From Pseudovirgaria hyperparasitica (taxonomy: Eukaryota), in assembly GCA_010093815.1 (NCBI GenBank), contig ML996579.1: a stretch of DNA of 64,000 bases. One strand, written 5' to 3'. Both the position numbers and the translations under genes were made by a program. Every line of letters begins with the position of its first letter. The stretch's first letter is position 1. Positions 48,175 to 60,500 of this stretch are shown piece by piece. A model generated the notes under the pieces. The model had not been told where the DNA came from. It worked only from the letters and a program-made list of their open reading frames with translations, and searched no databases.

Positions 48175-51100
48175 ATAGCACGACGGCAGCTTATAGAGAT
48201 AGCTCCTACTATACGCTATAATACCCGTAGCACGACCTCCTACGAGAGACTCTCCCTAAATCTAAATAAGGAGAATAGTCTCCCTACGACCACCTCCACC
48301 GATAAGTATACCCTATAAGCTATCGCACTAATAACTAGTACGGTATTCCGTGCAACCGTGGAAGACTACCTAGATAATAAGGAAGGAGTCTATTATACTC
48401 CATCGCGGTCTAGTTTACACTATACTAGACCTATCCTTACTATAAGACTAGACCCTATTAACGTTAACGAACTAATTCGTTAGAACCGACTAACGTTAAC
48501 CACGCCTTACGATAACGTATATACTAGGCTATACGCGGAGAGGTAGTATTAGGCTTAGCTCGAATAGTAACTTCGCGAACTTAACGAAGTATAAGGACAA
48601 ACCGCTAGACTCGAAGCCGCACTACGCGCTTTAGTACTAGTAGCAACTAACCTATACTAATATGGACTAACTTAAGCCGAAATAGTCTAACTAAGTCTAT
48701 TACTATCCTAGTTACCTCGGCCTAAGAAACTACCTTACTTCGACGGTAAAACCAGGAAGAGCTTTTACGAATGGGCTTACTAGTATAGCCGATTCTTCCA
48801 TCTATTCACGAACGATAGTAATAAGATTAGGTTCGTATAGAACTACCTAGACCTAACGCCATCTAAACGTTAGATGGTATATCGGATCGAACACCCTAAG
48901 GATATATATAACTAGGACACGTTCACCGAATTCCTTCTTTAATACTTTAGCGATAGAGCCGAGCGACGCGAATAGGCTTAGAGCCATATCTTTAAGACTT
49001 AATAGCGAGAAAGATAATCCCCGTTATAACTCCTCGAATACCTCCGACCTCTCTAGAGAGAAGCCGAGGAAGATTATATGGTTCGATAATACGACGACTT
49101 TAAAAGGTCCCTTAATCCGAGCGTAAAAGAACGCATCGACCTTATAACGTCTATCCCTACCGACCTTTAGGTACTCGCGAATCTTATAGAATAATACTAG
49201 CGTACAATAAATAACCAACGCCGTATAGGCGCACGACTATCCCTACTAATCTAATCCGATACGAAATCGTCTAAAGAGGACCGGTTTAGTAATAGATCGC
49301 GCGGAATACCTCATGGGCACTACCACTCTACGAACTCGAGAGGATAAGGCCCGTACCGCGGATCTTCCCACCGGTTAATATATTAAGACACGAGAAACGA
49401 CTCGCATAAACGACCTAAAGTCACCTACTATACTTATAGTAGGATAGGCCATATAGTACCCAAGTACCGCTCTAGGAAACCACCGAATACTAATATAGAT
49501 ACTAAGTTAGTTATATACTATAAGTGCTAGTAGCTAGGACACATCGCGCCTAACTACCCGGTATATAATATAAAAAACTAACTACCTACGAGAAACCCTC
49601 GCGACTTATAGACGTAACTAAAATAGAGGGATAACTAGCTAACTAGTATATCGAACTATAGGCTAGGCCTATCGAGGTCCCCTATGGATAACATTAGACC
49701 GTAATACTTAATAGCGGTTTAGCTACTAACGTTATATCGACTTAATAAGCACGAGAACTTAACGTCGATATTTAAGTACTAATAGGTGCCACCTTCTATG
49801 GTATCGATGGTCCTATTAAATCGTAGGGTACCTATACTATTAAATACAGTATCTAGGATAGCGGGGGGAAGTGGAAACCCTACTACTTAACCTTTATTAT
49901 AGTAGACAGCCCCTTCGATATGATCCTCGGTATACCGTAGCTCGAAAAATATAACCCGAAACTAGACTTTATCTAGAAAATAGCTGGCTGGCGTATATAC
50001 CTACTATAATAGAATCTAGTATAGCTAGTCGACGACGAATAATTCCAGAAGGACTACGAAAAGGCAATCTCTACTATCTACATCCTCTCACTTACTTAAA
50101 ATAGAGAACTTAGTATTAAAGTAGATGAAAACCTACTATATTAGTATAAAATATACTAACATGTCGCGTTAGCGATCGACTCGTCCGAATTACCTTAATA
50201 CTAACCTACTAATCTTACTATTAACCTCGAGGACGGTTAATAACCCCTATACGGACCCATCTACCCTCTATTAGAACCTAAGCTATAGGTCCTCCGAGAA
50301 TACATCGAAAAGAACCTTACGCGAGGATAGATTAGGCCTAGTATATCCCTAGCCGGAGCTCTAATCCTCTTTATAAAGAAGAAGGATAGGAGTCTCCGTC
50401 TATGTATCGACTACCGTAGCCTAAATAATATTACACGAAAGAATCGTTACCTACTACCTCTTATCTCCGAGTCTATTAATAGACTAGAGCGCGCGAAGAT
50501 CTTTACTAAGCTTAATCTACGCGACATCTACTACCGCCTACGTATTAAGAAGGGCGATAAGTAGAAAACGGCGTTTAGGACCCGTTATAGATACTTTAAG
50601 TACATAGTAGTCCCTTTTAGACTAACTAACGCGCTAGGGACCTTCCAAGCATACATTAATAACGCGCTAGTAGGCCTACTTAACACGACGTGCATCGTAT
50701 ACCTCGACGATATCCTTATCTTCTCTAATAACGAAGAAGAACACATCTAGTACGTACGCGTAGTCCTAGATAGACTAGAAAAACATAAGCTATATATTAA
50801 GCTATCTAAATACGAGTTCCACTAGGACCACGTTAACTTCCTTAGCTTCGTTATTACTAATTAAGGTATAACTATAGAAAGGGATAGGGTCGCTACTATC
50901 GTAGACTGGCCTAAACTAAAATCGGTTTGAGACATACGTGTCTTTATCGGATTCGCTAATTACTACCGAAAATTCGTTAAGTACTTCTCCCGGCTAGCAG
51001 CACCGCTTAACGCGTGTACTACCACTATAGATTCGTCTATTACGGTCCGCGGTAGATAGAAACAGCGTAATATTAAATCGTAGCCTATAGAATTATCGGA

Positions 51101-53350
51101 AGGCGAAAGGGCCTCCTTTAAGAAAATCAAAGAGGCATTTACTACTACTCTATTACTAGTGCACTTCGACCTAACTAAACCTATCCACGTCGAAACCGAC
51201 GCGTTAGGATTTATAATCTTAGGCATTCTCTTCTAGTCTAGACCAACTAAGTCTAAAAAGGTCTAATAGCATCTAGTTACGTTCTTCTCGCGTAAAATAG
51301 TCGATGTTAAGACTAGATATACTATCCATGACCAAGAGCTACTAGTAATAGTAGAGTCGTTTAAATAGTGGCGATATTATCTTAAAGATGCTATATATAA
51401 CGTCGAGTTACTAACTAATTACTATAACTTAAAGGGGTTTATAAGCACGACGGTTTTAAACCGTTAATAGGTTTAATAGGCTAAGTAGCTTACGAACTTT
51501 CACTTTATAATCTACCATCGACCTAGAAGTATAAACCTAGCTAATGGGATATTAAGAAGACCTAACTATAAAGAAGGCGCCTAGGATCATAGTGGCCATA
51601 GGGTTCTAGAGTAGCTATAGGCCTAACTCTTAAGGACGAGGTTGGATTTTAAGTTATTAGGCGATTAGCGAGATGCTAACGTCGATACCGGTAATCGAAT
51701 CTCTAAGACCGAAGCCGGTAACTAAAGACGCGGTACCGAAGTCCCTAGTAGGCCGTTTATTAGCGCTATCGGGAAGGGCGATAATGCCTAGCGTGAATAT
51801 CTAATTAACCTCGCCTAGTTAATAGTAGATCTATAGAAGATAGACCCGATAGTTTTAAAGTTATATAAAATATAGTAAGATAGGTTATTATAGACTAAAG
51901 TAGACTATAAGTAGACCTTCGTGGACGGCTTACTTTACTATAATAGAAAGTACTATATGCTAACGGGTAACGCGCGATTTAACGTAGTTAGCCGATACCA
52001 TGACGCTAACCTAGTAGGATACTTTAGGTATATACGTACCCTAAGCTTAATTCGTTAGTACTATTTTTAGGAAGATATACCTAAGTACATTAAAGAATGG
52101 ATAGCTACTTATCCGATTTATTAAAGAACGAAGGCCCCTAGGCATAAGCCATATAGGAATTTATAGCCTCTTTTAGTCCCCCTCTTTATATAGGAAGATG
52201 TTACTATAGATTTCATAGTTAACTTACCTCCAAGCGAGATGCTTCGAATAAGTTATAATTCTATTCTTATTATCGTGGATAGACTTATAAAGATATCTAG
52301 GTATATCCTAGTGTAGAAGACGATTACATCCAAAGAACTAGCGTAGGTGTTCTAGAACGAGATTATTAAGGTCTATAGTATACTAAAAAGGATCGTTACG
52401 GACCGAGGAAGTACCTTCACGTCCAAATTCTAGACGTTATTCTATGAAATAGTAAGTATAAATAGGAACATATCTATAGTATTTTATCCTTAGACGGATA
52501 GCTAGATAGAGCGATAGAACTAGACGCTCGAAGTCTACCTACGCGTATTCTATAATTTCGAGTAGGATGACTAGGCCTCCCTACTAAGTATAGTAGAGTT
52601 TATATATAATAATAGTCGTTATAGCACGACTAGTATTATACCTTTCTAGGCGAACCTCGGACGCAGTCTAAGGATAGGTTTTGAGCCTTATACGGTCTAA
52701 TTTGATCGAATAATAGACGTGAACGTCCACGCTTAGGAATTAGCGATTAAAATCTTCGAAACCGCACGTAACTATCGCGCTATAATCTAATAAGTAAACG
52801 ACTCGTATACGAAGTACTATAATAGGTTAGCTAAGGATTAGACGTATAAGGAGGGCGACGAGGTCCTTCTTAACGTCTGTAATATACGAACGTCGCGAGT
52901 AAATAAGAAGCTCGATTATAAAATGGCTGGTCCCTTCCGAATCAAACGTCGTATCGGTATAAGAGTCTACGAGCTCGACTTAGGAAGCGATATAAGAATC
53001 TATAACGTGTTCCACGTCTTACTACTCGAAAGATTTCGACCTAACGTGTATAACCGTACGAACGTGTAGTTACACTCTATTATACTCTAAGATAGACTAG
53101 ACGTGTTCGAAGTGGACTATATTATCGAATATAGGATTAATAAAGACGGTATTTAGAAATATAGAATCCGTTAGAAGGACTATACTAAGGACGAGGACAC
53201 CTAGGAACCAGCGGTGTATATCTTAAGTTCTATAATGGCTATATATAAGTAAAAGATGTAGAATAGCGCATTATTAATGTAAATATAGCGACGTTGCGGT
53301 CGTTATAAAAAGAAGAAGGATACTATAGAGAACGAAGTGCTTAATTAGGA
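48175..53350 (+). pseudogene. gag-pol of Y (RIP-degenerate; ends approximate)
   Basis: [41 protein letters not shown] and EDT[W]EP. Confidence 0.9.
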
Positions 53351-53910
53351 AATCTAGACGCGCACTAGGAAAACTCTATAAGGTAGCCCTACAATTTAAG
53401 TATCGCACGGTTACTAGACGTGAAGAAAGCGTAAGTAACCATTTTAGAAACGTGACGCGACATACCATAATAGAAGAGTCTAGAATAGACTAACATAGAC
53501 CATTACACACGAGAAAAATATAGGACTAAGAACCTAAAAAAGGTACCCTACCATAGAATTAAACTCTTAACACGAAATATAAAAGGTTAGAGTACCCGAA
53601 CCGATAACTACTAGGCCACTAGTTCGGGTACTCTAATGGAATTTATAGAGATAAACTAATTAATATACGGTGCCCATACTTAGGTGACTTAAGGAAAATC
53701 AGAATATAGAAACCGATAGTTATAAGCTAAGCGAGCGCACATATAATATCGTTAAGTTAAGAATTAAATTACTAGAAACTAGCCGACGGGTATCTAAACG
53801 GTCTAAAAAAGGACTAAAACGGATAAAAGCTAGGCAAATAGAGCCGGCGCGCACCACCTATAGTAGATCTAGAATATATAGAGCTAATATATAGAGCTAG
53901 AACCATAGAG

Positions 53911-55415
53911 CTACTCCTCCATCTTATCATCCGTTATAACCTCTAGTATAGTCCTCTCTAACCGCACGACATAGCGGCGGAGGGTAACGACCTTAGCCTC
54001 TAGAGTAATAACCCGATCTATTAGAGCCTAGAGAGAAGAGCCTTAAGCGCCGGAGCGTAGCGACTAGGTCTAAAGTTAGCTAACATGATCTAGAATAATC
54101 TAGAAGGGAATATATACCCTCTTACGAGGCGACTTAGAGGGAGAAATAGTAGACCTCTTACGAGATCCGTTAGTAGCGCGAGACGGATAAGGGGGGATAG
54201 AGTGAATCCTCTCTACGGCCTCTATAGCTAGGATAGACTCCCTAGAATGGGTAGCCTAGGCGCTAGGGATCTCGCGGCGGCTAGAAATATTAATAGGTGT
54301 TAAAAATAATTAACGTGTTCGTAACTTACACTTTAATAACCTCTAGAAAGAGCTTATAGCGCTCCCTAAACTCCCTCTATATAGTAGGTAGGTAGCTATA
54401 AGGACCCCCGAGGGTCTCGCGAACGCGAAGGTCGTTATATATATCTTATATACGCATAGGAACCTAAGAATATATTAGCGCGAATAACTTTAGATTATAC
54501 TAGACTAAGATAGCCTATTATACTTACCTATAGATAAGTCTTACTAGTTACGGTATAGTGGTAGTAGCGGGTAGATAGAGTAAAGATAGGGCGTATAGGC
54601 CCGTCGCGGTTAGTAGAGTAGTAGCTAATACTAGAGTTAGAGCGAAAGAGATATTTAGAGCCGGCCGTATAGCCCTTAATATACTTATAGCATATTAAAC
54701 CGTAGTTCGCCGTTTTCCTATAGCGTAAACCGCGACCACGTTTAGTATCCTCGGCGACCTAGGCCTTATTATTAGTAGGCTAGGGTTTAGAGTAAATATT
54801 AAGGTCCTAAAAGGACCTAGAGCGACTAAATCAATCTATATTAGACCGGAAGGGAGAGCGGTAAGGCGGCGGCGCGGGTAAGCGCGAGGGCTCGCGATTA
54901 TCGTCTATAATAAGATCTTCTTTATCCTCTAGAGAAGATAGAGTAGGCGGCGTACGCGTTAGAGTAAGGGGAGAACTTACGACTACTTTATCCATAAATT
55001 CAGTACTAAGATTACCTAGATTAGAGCGACTAGTAGCTATATTAGTAGTAGAGGTAGAAGTAGTAGTAGTAGCCCTAGCTACCCTCTTCTCTAACTTAGA
55101 GCGCGCCTTCGTGCTACCTTAATAGGTAGGCTTCTTAGCCGGCGTAGCCGGGGAGAAGGTAATACCTTTAGAGCGAGTCTTACGAGAGGAGGAGGTAGGC
55201 TTAGAGATAGGACTAGTATTAGATATCTATATACACACGTTAGCTAGAGATCTAAGGAAGGAATATTCGTCCACCCTTAACGATAATTAATAAAGCTAAA
55301 TTAGTAACCGTAATAACGCGAATGGGTCATATAGGACCGGTTCTAATAAGAATAGACTATAATAGACCCTTCTAAACCTAAACTAGGGAAGATAGTATAT
55401 GAATTAACGACTTAC
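53911..55415 (-). pseudogene. Antisense four-intron gene inside Y (~384 aa; Cys cluster and C-terminal coiled coil)
   Basis: Introns 55415-55227, 54527-54464, 54329-54281 and 54117-54070 have GT..(C)TAA[C/T]..TAG signals. Coding exon lengths 699/134/163/159 keep one frame, from ATA (inferred RIPed ATG) 55226 to TAG 53911. Confidence 0.72.
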
Positions 55416-55948
55416 CTTAAGAGCGAGGTAGATGTACTAGAGAATAAAATCAAAGGCGAGCGAAGCTAAATATATACTCGACTAAAGTGGCGATTACGTG
55501 TCCTAGGTAGTAGCCACGAAGCAAGGGATAAGCGCGTGCATAAACTGGTAAAAGTGAACTAGAATCTCGAGTTTACCTATATTAAGGATGGTTATAACGT
55601 TATAGGAACTTAGTTACGGATATATAGATATACGGTGGATTATAGAGACTTAGGATTATATATACTTAAGTACTTTGGGGCGAAGTATAAAAAGAAGAAG
55701 AATATTATTAGGACGGGAACCCTAACGGACCTATATAGACCATTCTAATCCATGTAGCCACGTAGCGGCTAGAGCTAGGATGAGTCAGCTAGGTTAAGCG
55801 AGGTTACTATATAAGTAGACCGTATAAACCGATTCCTGCTCGTTAGGAATCAACCTCGTATAAGAGTGAGACTACTCTATAAATACATTCCTATGTCTCT
55901 CTATAAACTGTTAGACTACTATCCTACGTCTTCACTCATTACAATAGG

Positions 55949-57545
55949 TTTCTATAGAGGAGTTTATAGCTATAAGGCGTACTATATAGAATTTATAGCG
56001 TTAGAACAAAAGGCTAGAGACTTATATTATAAAGCTCTATACTATACTAAATAAGAACTAGCGGAAGGAATTAGATGTAACTATCGCGGTAATTAGTACT
56101 TCTACTTCTACTCCGACTTAATCGGTTTAGATCTATACTAATTAGTACTAATATATCTCTTTTATCTGGCGTTTTTAGTTTTTTAGTTTTAATTTTAAAG
56201 CGACCTTACTTCTTCTAGATAGATTAGTACAAGTTTATATAGATCTATATAGATCTTTATATTTTCTTTTAGCTTTCTTAATTTTATCTTTCTTTAATAA
56301 TAACTTCTTTAATCTCTTTAGTAATCTATACTAATCTATACCGATCGGCACCGATTTTTAATGTCTATTTCTCTTAGTAAATTATTTTTCTAAGTCTCTT
56401 TTTTAGTTAAATTTTTAAAGTTCTAAGTTCGAACTTTCTAAGGAAGTTCCTTAATTCCTTAGAATATTTTAAAGATCTATATCTCTTTTACCTTCTTCCT
56501 TTTAGGCGGCCGTTCTTAGCGCCGAACTATACTAAAAAACGTTAAATTACTATACTTTAGTATAATTCTCTACGATTCCGTAGCTTCCTTTACTAATTAC
56601 TACTTATATACTAATATCGCTACTTTACTAATATTTATTATAGGTTTCTAAGTATCTTTATTAGAATTATATCCTTTCTAATAAATTTTATATAGCTATG
56701 TACTATCTTTAGCGTGTTACTAGCTAAGTATCTACTTAACTTCGTAGATATCTATACCTTCTTACGTAACTACTTTATATAGTATCTATTCGGAACGATC
56801 TGGTAATAATAAGGTATAAAATGGCTCGAGAAGCGTAATATGGAATATATTATATATCTTTAATATAGAAGGGAGTTATAACTTATATACCTAGTTATTA
56901 ATTACACGAGTAATCTTATATAGACCTATTATTATATAGTTAAGCTTCTTCTTTAGCCTAATACTATGAATATTCTTACTATTTAGTAAAACTTTATCCC
57001 TAATATTAAAGATCATGGGTTTTCTACCCTTATTATAGTGCGATTTACTATAATTCATAGTATCTTATAGTAACTTTATAACGCTTCTTTACGTTTAGAA
57101 TAGTTCTATAGTAATTTCTATTACTTTAACGTTAGGTCGTTCTACTTTAAACTAAGTCCCTAAGAACTACGTATTATAGTTCTAACCGAAGTTTACTTTA
57201 AATAGACTTACGTAGGTTAACGTATATCGGCTATTATTATATACGAATTCCGCGATATAGACTAACCTTATCTAGTTATCGTACTTATAGTTATAATATA
57301 CGCGTAAATACGCCTCGACTATCTAATTCTACTACTCTATCTATCTATCTATTTATAGATAGAACGTAGTACTAAGTTTCCGCTTAATTCCTAGTATATA
57401 GTAGAAATCCTTCTAAAATTTAGATATTATCTATAGATCTCTATCTAAAACTATACCGTTTAGTATACTATAGAGCCGGACTACGTTACGGAGTAGTATA
57501 TCTATAAGATCTAGTACTTAGATTATCTTCCTTATAGGGATATAG
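55949..57545 (-). mobile_element. Gypsy element X: integrase core, GPY motif and chromodomain (minus), plus last exon of its antisense gene (+, ~55949-56120)
   Basis: De-RIP minus reading: IVSDRD..RKLSTAFHPQTDGQS, GPYKITRVI..HNVFHITLLEP, DIYEVEQIL..WKGY..DTWEP. Interrupted at 57545 by A2. Confidence 0.85.
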
Positions 57546-60500
57546 TATAGAAGGCCGCTCCTACAGCCCCACATGTATGTATCCCTAGCTCGATTACATG
57601 GCTTCATTGTATATTTAAGGAGGGCGTTTTCCTCGGTCATTCTACTCGGCACGCTTCCCCCATCACTAATATTCGACGATTCGACCTTTCCTTACGTTCA
57701 TGGGCCTCTATGGGTATTGATTATTAGGCTTAGCTATTAAAGAATTAATTAAGAGTATTATATAGACCCGTCCTATCGTAAAAGAGAACTAATAAGAAGT
57801 CGTACGTTCAAAGAGAACTTATAATACCTAGGAGAGATACTTGTAAGTTCGTCGCGACTACTATACTAAGAATATAGCTATTTATAAAAAGGGACACACG
57901 TAGCGATAGCTTACCATAATTTTAGAGGTCGTACCCGGACTACGAACTTATAGGGGGAGATTAGAACTCCGAAACTAGCTTAGGGGAAGTATATGGCGTG
58001 CCTAATAAGGTAGTCTAGACTTACTAGATCGAAGCTACGAGTCCGGAAAATAGGGAGTCCGGAGTCGCTAGGGGCTAGCCTCTTAAAAGTAGCCGTAAAA
58101 AGCATATGTATGCTAATATAGGTGATAGCGCGACTCGAAAATGTCTTAGGGGAATGGGATATAAAACAGGGCTAGATAAAGCAGCAAAGAAGAGTTTAAA
58201 AACGACAAATATAACCTGTTTAGTACTACTATAGCTGTTATTCATAAACACGGCCATACGAGTATACCACTTTAGGAACGCCTTACACGAAGATAATAAT
58301 ATAAGTAGGATACCGTGAACCTTATATCGATGAAGACGATAGTAATAGTTCACCTTATAAAGGGATTAATTAACATAGAGAAGGGATGATAGATGTTATG
58401 GGTAGACGCATTAGGCTAATCTTTAGTTAAGGTAATCCCTTAACTAATAACCTTACCCCCAGCGTCTCTACTAGTATACCTACTACTAGTAATAGTACGA
58501 TAGGAGCTTAAAACAACGACCTAGTAACTCGTAGAGAGATACTTAACTTCTTCGCAGCATTTACGCGATAAGAAAGGATAGTACCTCTATCTACCCTAGC
58601 CCCTAAGCGCTTTAAAGGAATAAATATCACGGCCTTCCTTCGGAAGTACGAGGACATATATATAAACTATAAAGTTCCGCCTAATAAGAAGATAACCTCC
58701 CTACCGTTATACTACGAGGACTATCTCCGTCCTACTATTAAAGGAATAAGTAGGTTTTAGAAATAGTAGTAGGCCACGCTACGTAAAGAATTATTAAAGG
58801 AATTCTCTCTATTTAACTCCGCCCTTAAGGAAGGTACCATCTACTTTGTCCGAAAATACGTGGAAATAGTTAAAGTAGACCCATCCTACTCTCTCCCTAT
58901 ATACTACTCCCGGGATCGTATTATTATAGAGAAACTTACGGCTAAAGGAAGCCTAAGCTCGTATTCGTAAATAGAGCTCTTCCTAGAAGGGCTGCCTAAT
59001 AGTCTTAAGGCTCGGGCTATAGAGAAATATTAACTTACGATGGAAGCACACAGTTACGACTAGGTAATTATCTATGGCTTCGTATCACGAAAGGCTAGAG
59101 CACTTAAGGAACTGGCTTATATTAATAAGTACTTAGCCGCACAAGAGCTAGCCATAGCCATATACTATAAATTAAAGATAGGGAGTAAGAAGACTAGCTT
59201 AGAAGAGTAGTTACATGAAGAAAGAAGAACTAATGAATTTAGCCACCCCTCTCTAGTCGAAGTATACGTCGCGCTAGAATCGGATAAGTTTAACGAGATA
59301 GTAGAGAGATTTAGTAAACTAGACCTTACGTTAATTAAGATAAAGTCCTACTTTACCTCTAATCCCTTATTCCCATCCCTTAAGAAGTACGAACCTAAGC
59401 TACTTTCGGCTATTATTAACTAGTAGGCGCGAAGGCTAAATCTTTTAACACACCCCTAAGTACGAGGCATGCCTATAGAACTAATATAAGTTTATCTATA
59501 GAATTATATATAGAATAGAGAATATATCTCTACCCGAGACTCCTAAGGAGGTATTATAGCCTATGATAGGCCTCGAAGACTAATCGTATGCATTACGTAC
59601 GGAGGGGATTACCTAATATATAGATATCCGGAGATAGTAGGATATATTAGAGACGGATTACTAAATATTAACGGGGTACGAGTATTCTAAGGGCGTTTCG
59701 GGGCGAACGGAGAAGAAATCCTATTACTACCCTCCTCGGTAGGGCTATAAGCTACTCTATAAGCTATCCGGAACTACATAGTAACGGTTTAAAACGGCCT
59801 AAGCTAGTACGGAGGGGGAGTGAAGGTTTCTACGTCTATAGTAAATATTAACGCTTCATAGGGAGTGCTAGTATATAGTATTAGTGCAAAATCTATAAAG
59901 GGTCTCTACTAGGCCTCGGCGGATAGCGATTCGGAAGAAGAAGTTACGTCGCCTAAGAGTAAGAAAGATAGATATATAGAATTCCACGAACGCTTTAACG
60001 TGGCTAGTAATAGATATATCCACGAGGAGATAGCCCTAGAAGAGCCCGCTATACTTATAATATCTAGAAGGGGGATTACGAAGAGTATACCTAATCGTAC
60101 TAAGAAAAGAAAGATCGCCTATCTCCGCGGAATGCGTGAAGGGTAGTATATAAGAATTATTAAGGAATAGAAGGACGGCGAGAAGAGTAGTAACTAGAGA
60201 ACGTCTAAATAAGAGCCAACGGCGCCTAAGGATAAGATAGATAAAGGGGATGGCCTAAATCCTAGTTAAAAGACACGTATCCGAGGCGTTAAGCTTAATA
60301 ACTATCTACGCGAGGGATAGCGGCTAAGCATAGAAGCTAGCGAAGCATGGCTGGTACGCGTTCTAGGGATAACTATAAATATTACTATTAGTAAACTATT
60401 AAGCCTTAATAGCGACTTACGTCGTGCGGTATTCGAGAAGGGCGCCCCCGACTTTATAGCTAGAGAGGTCTATAAGGCTTAAGAGGAGAGAGCCGAGAAG

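Larger units (their letters stand above)
47920..55943 (+). mobile_element. Complete RIP-mutated Gypsy chromovirus Y (8,024 bp)
   Basis: 238 bp LTRs at 47920-48157 and 55706-55943; 5 bp TSD ATAGG; two Zn knuckles ~49430-49560; A AAA AAC slippery site 49572; RT YLDDILIF at 50700; RNase H VETDA; integrase; chromodomain ~53100-53230; PPT aaaaagaagaag. Confidence 0.95.

Noticed and set aside
35820..57545. All three insertions flanked by ATAG(G), suggesting target preference
   Set aside because: RIP makes ATAG common, families and orientations differ, and n=3.
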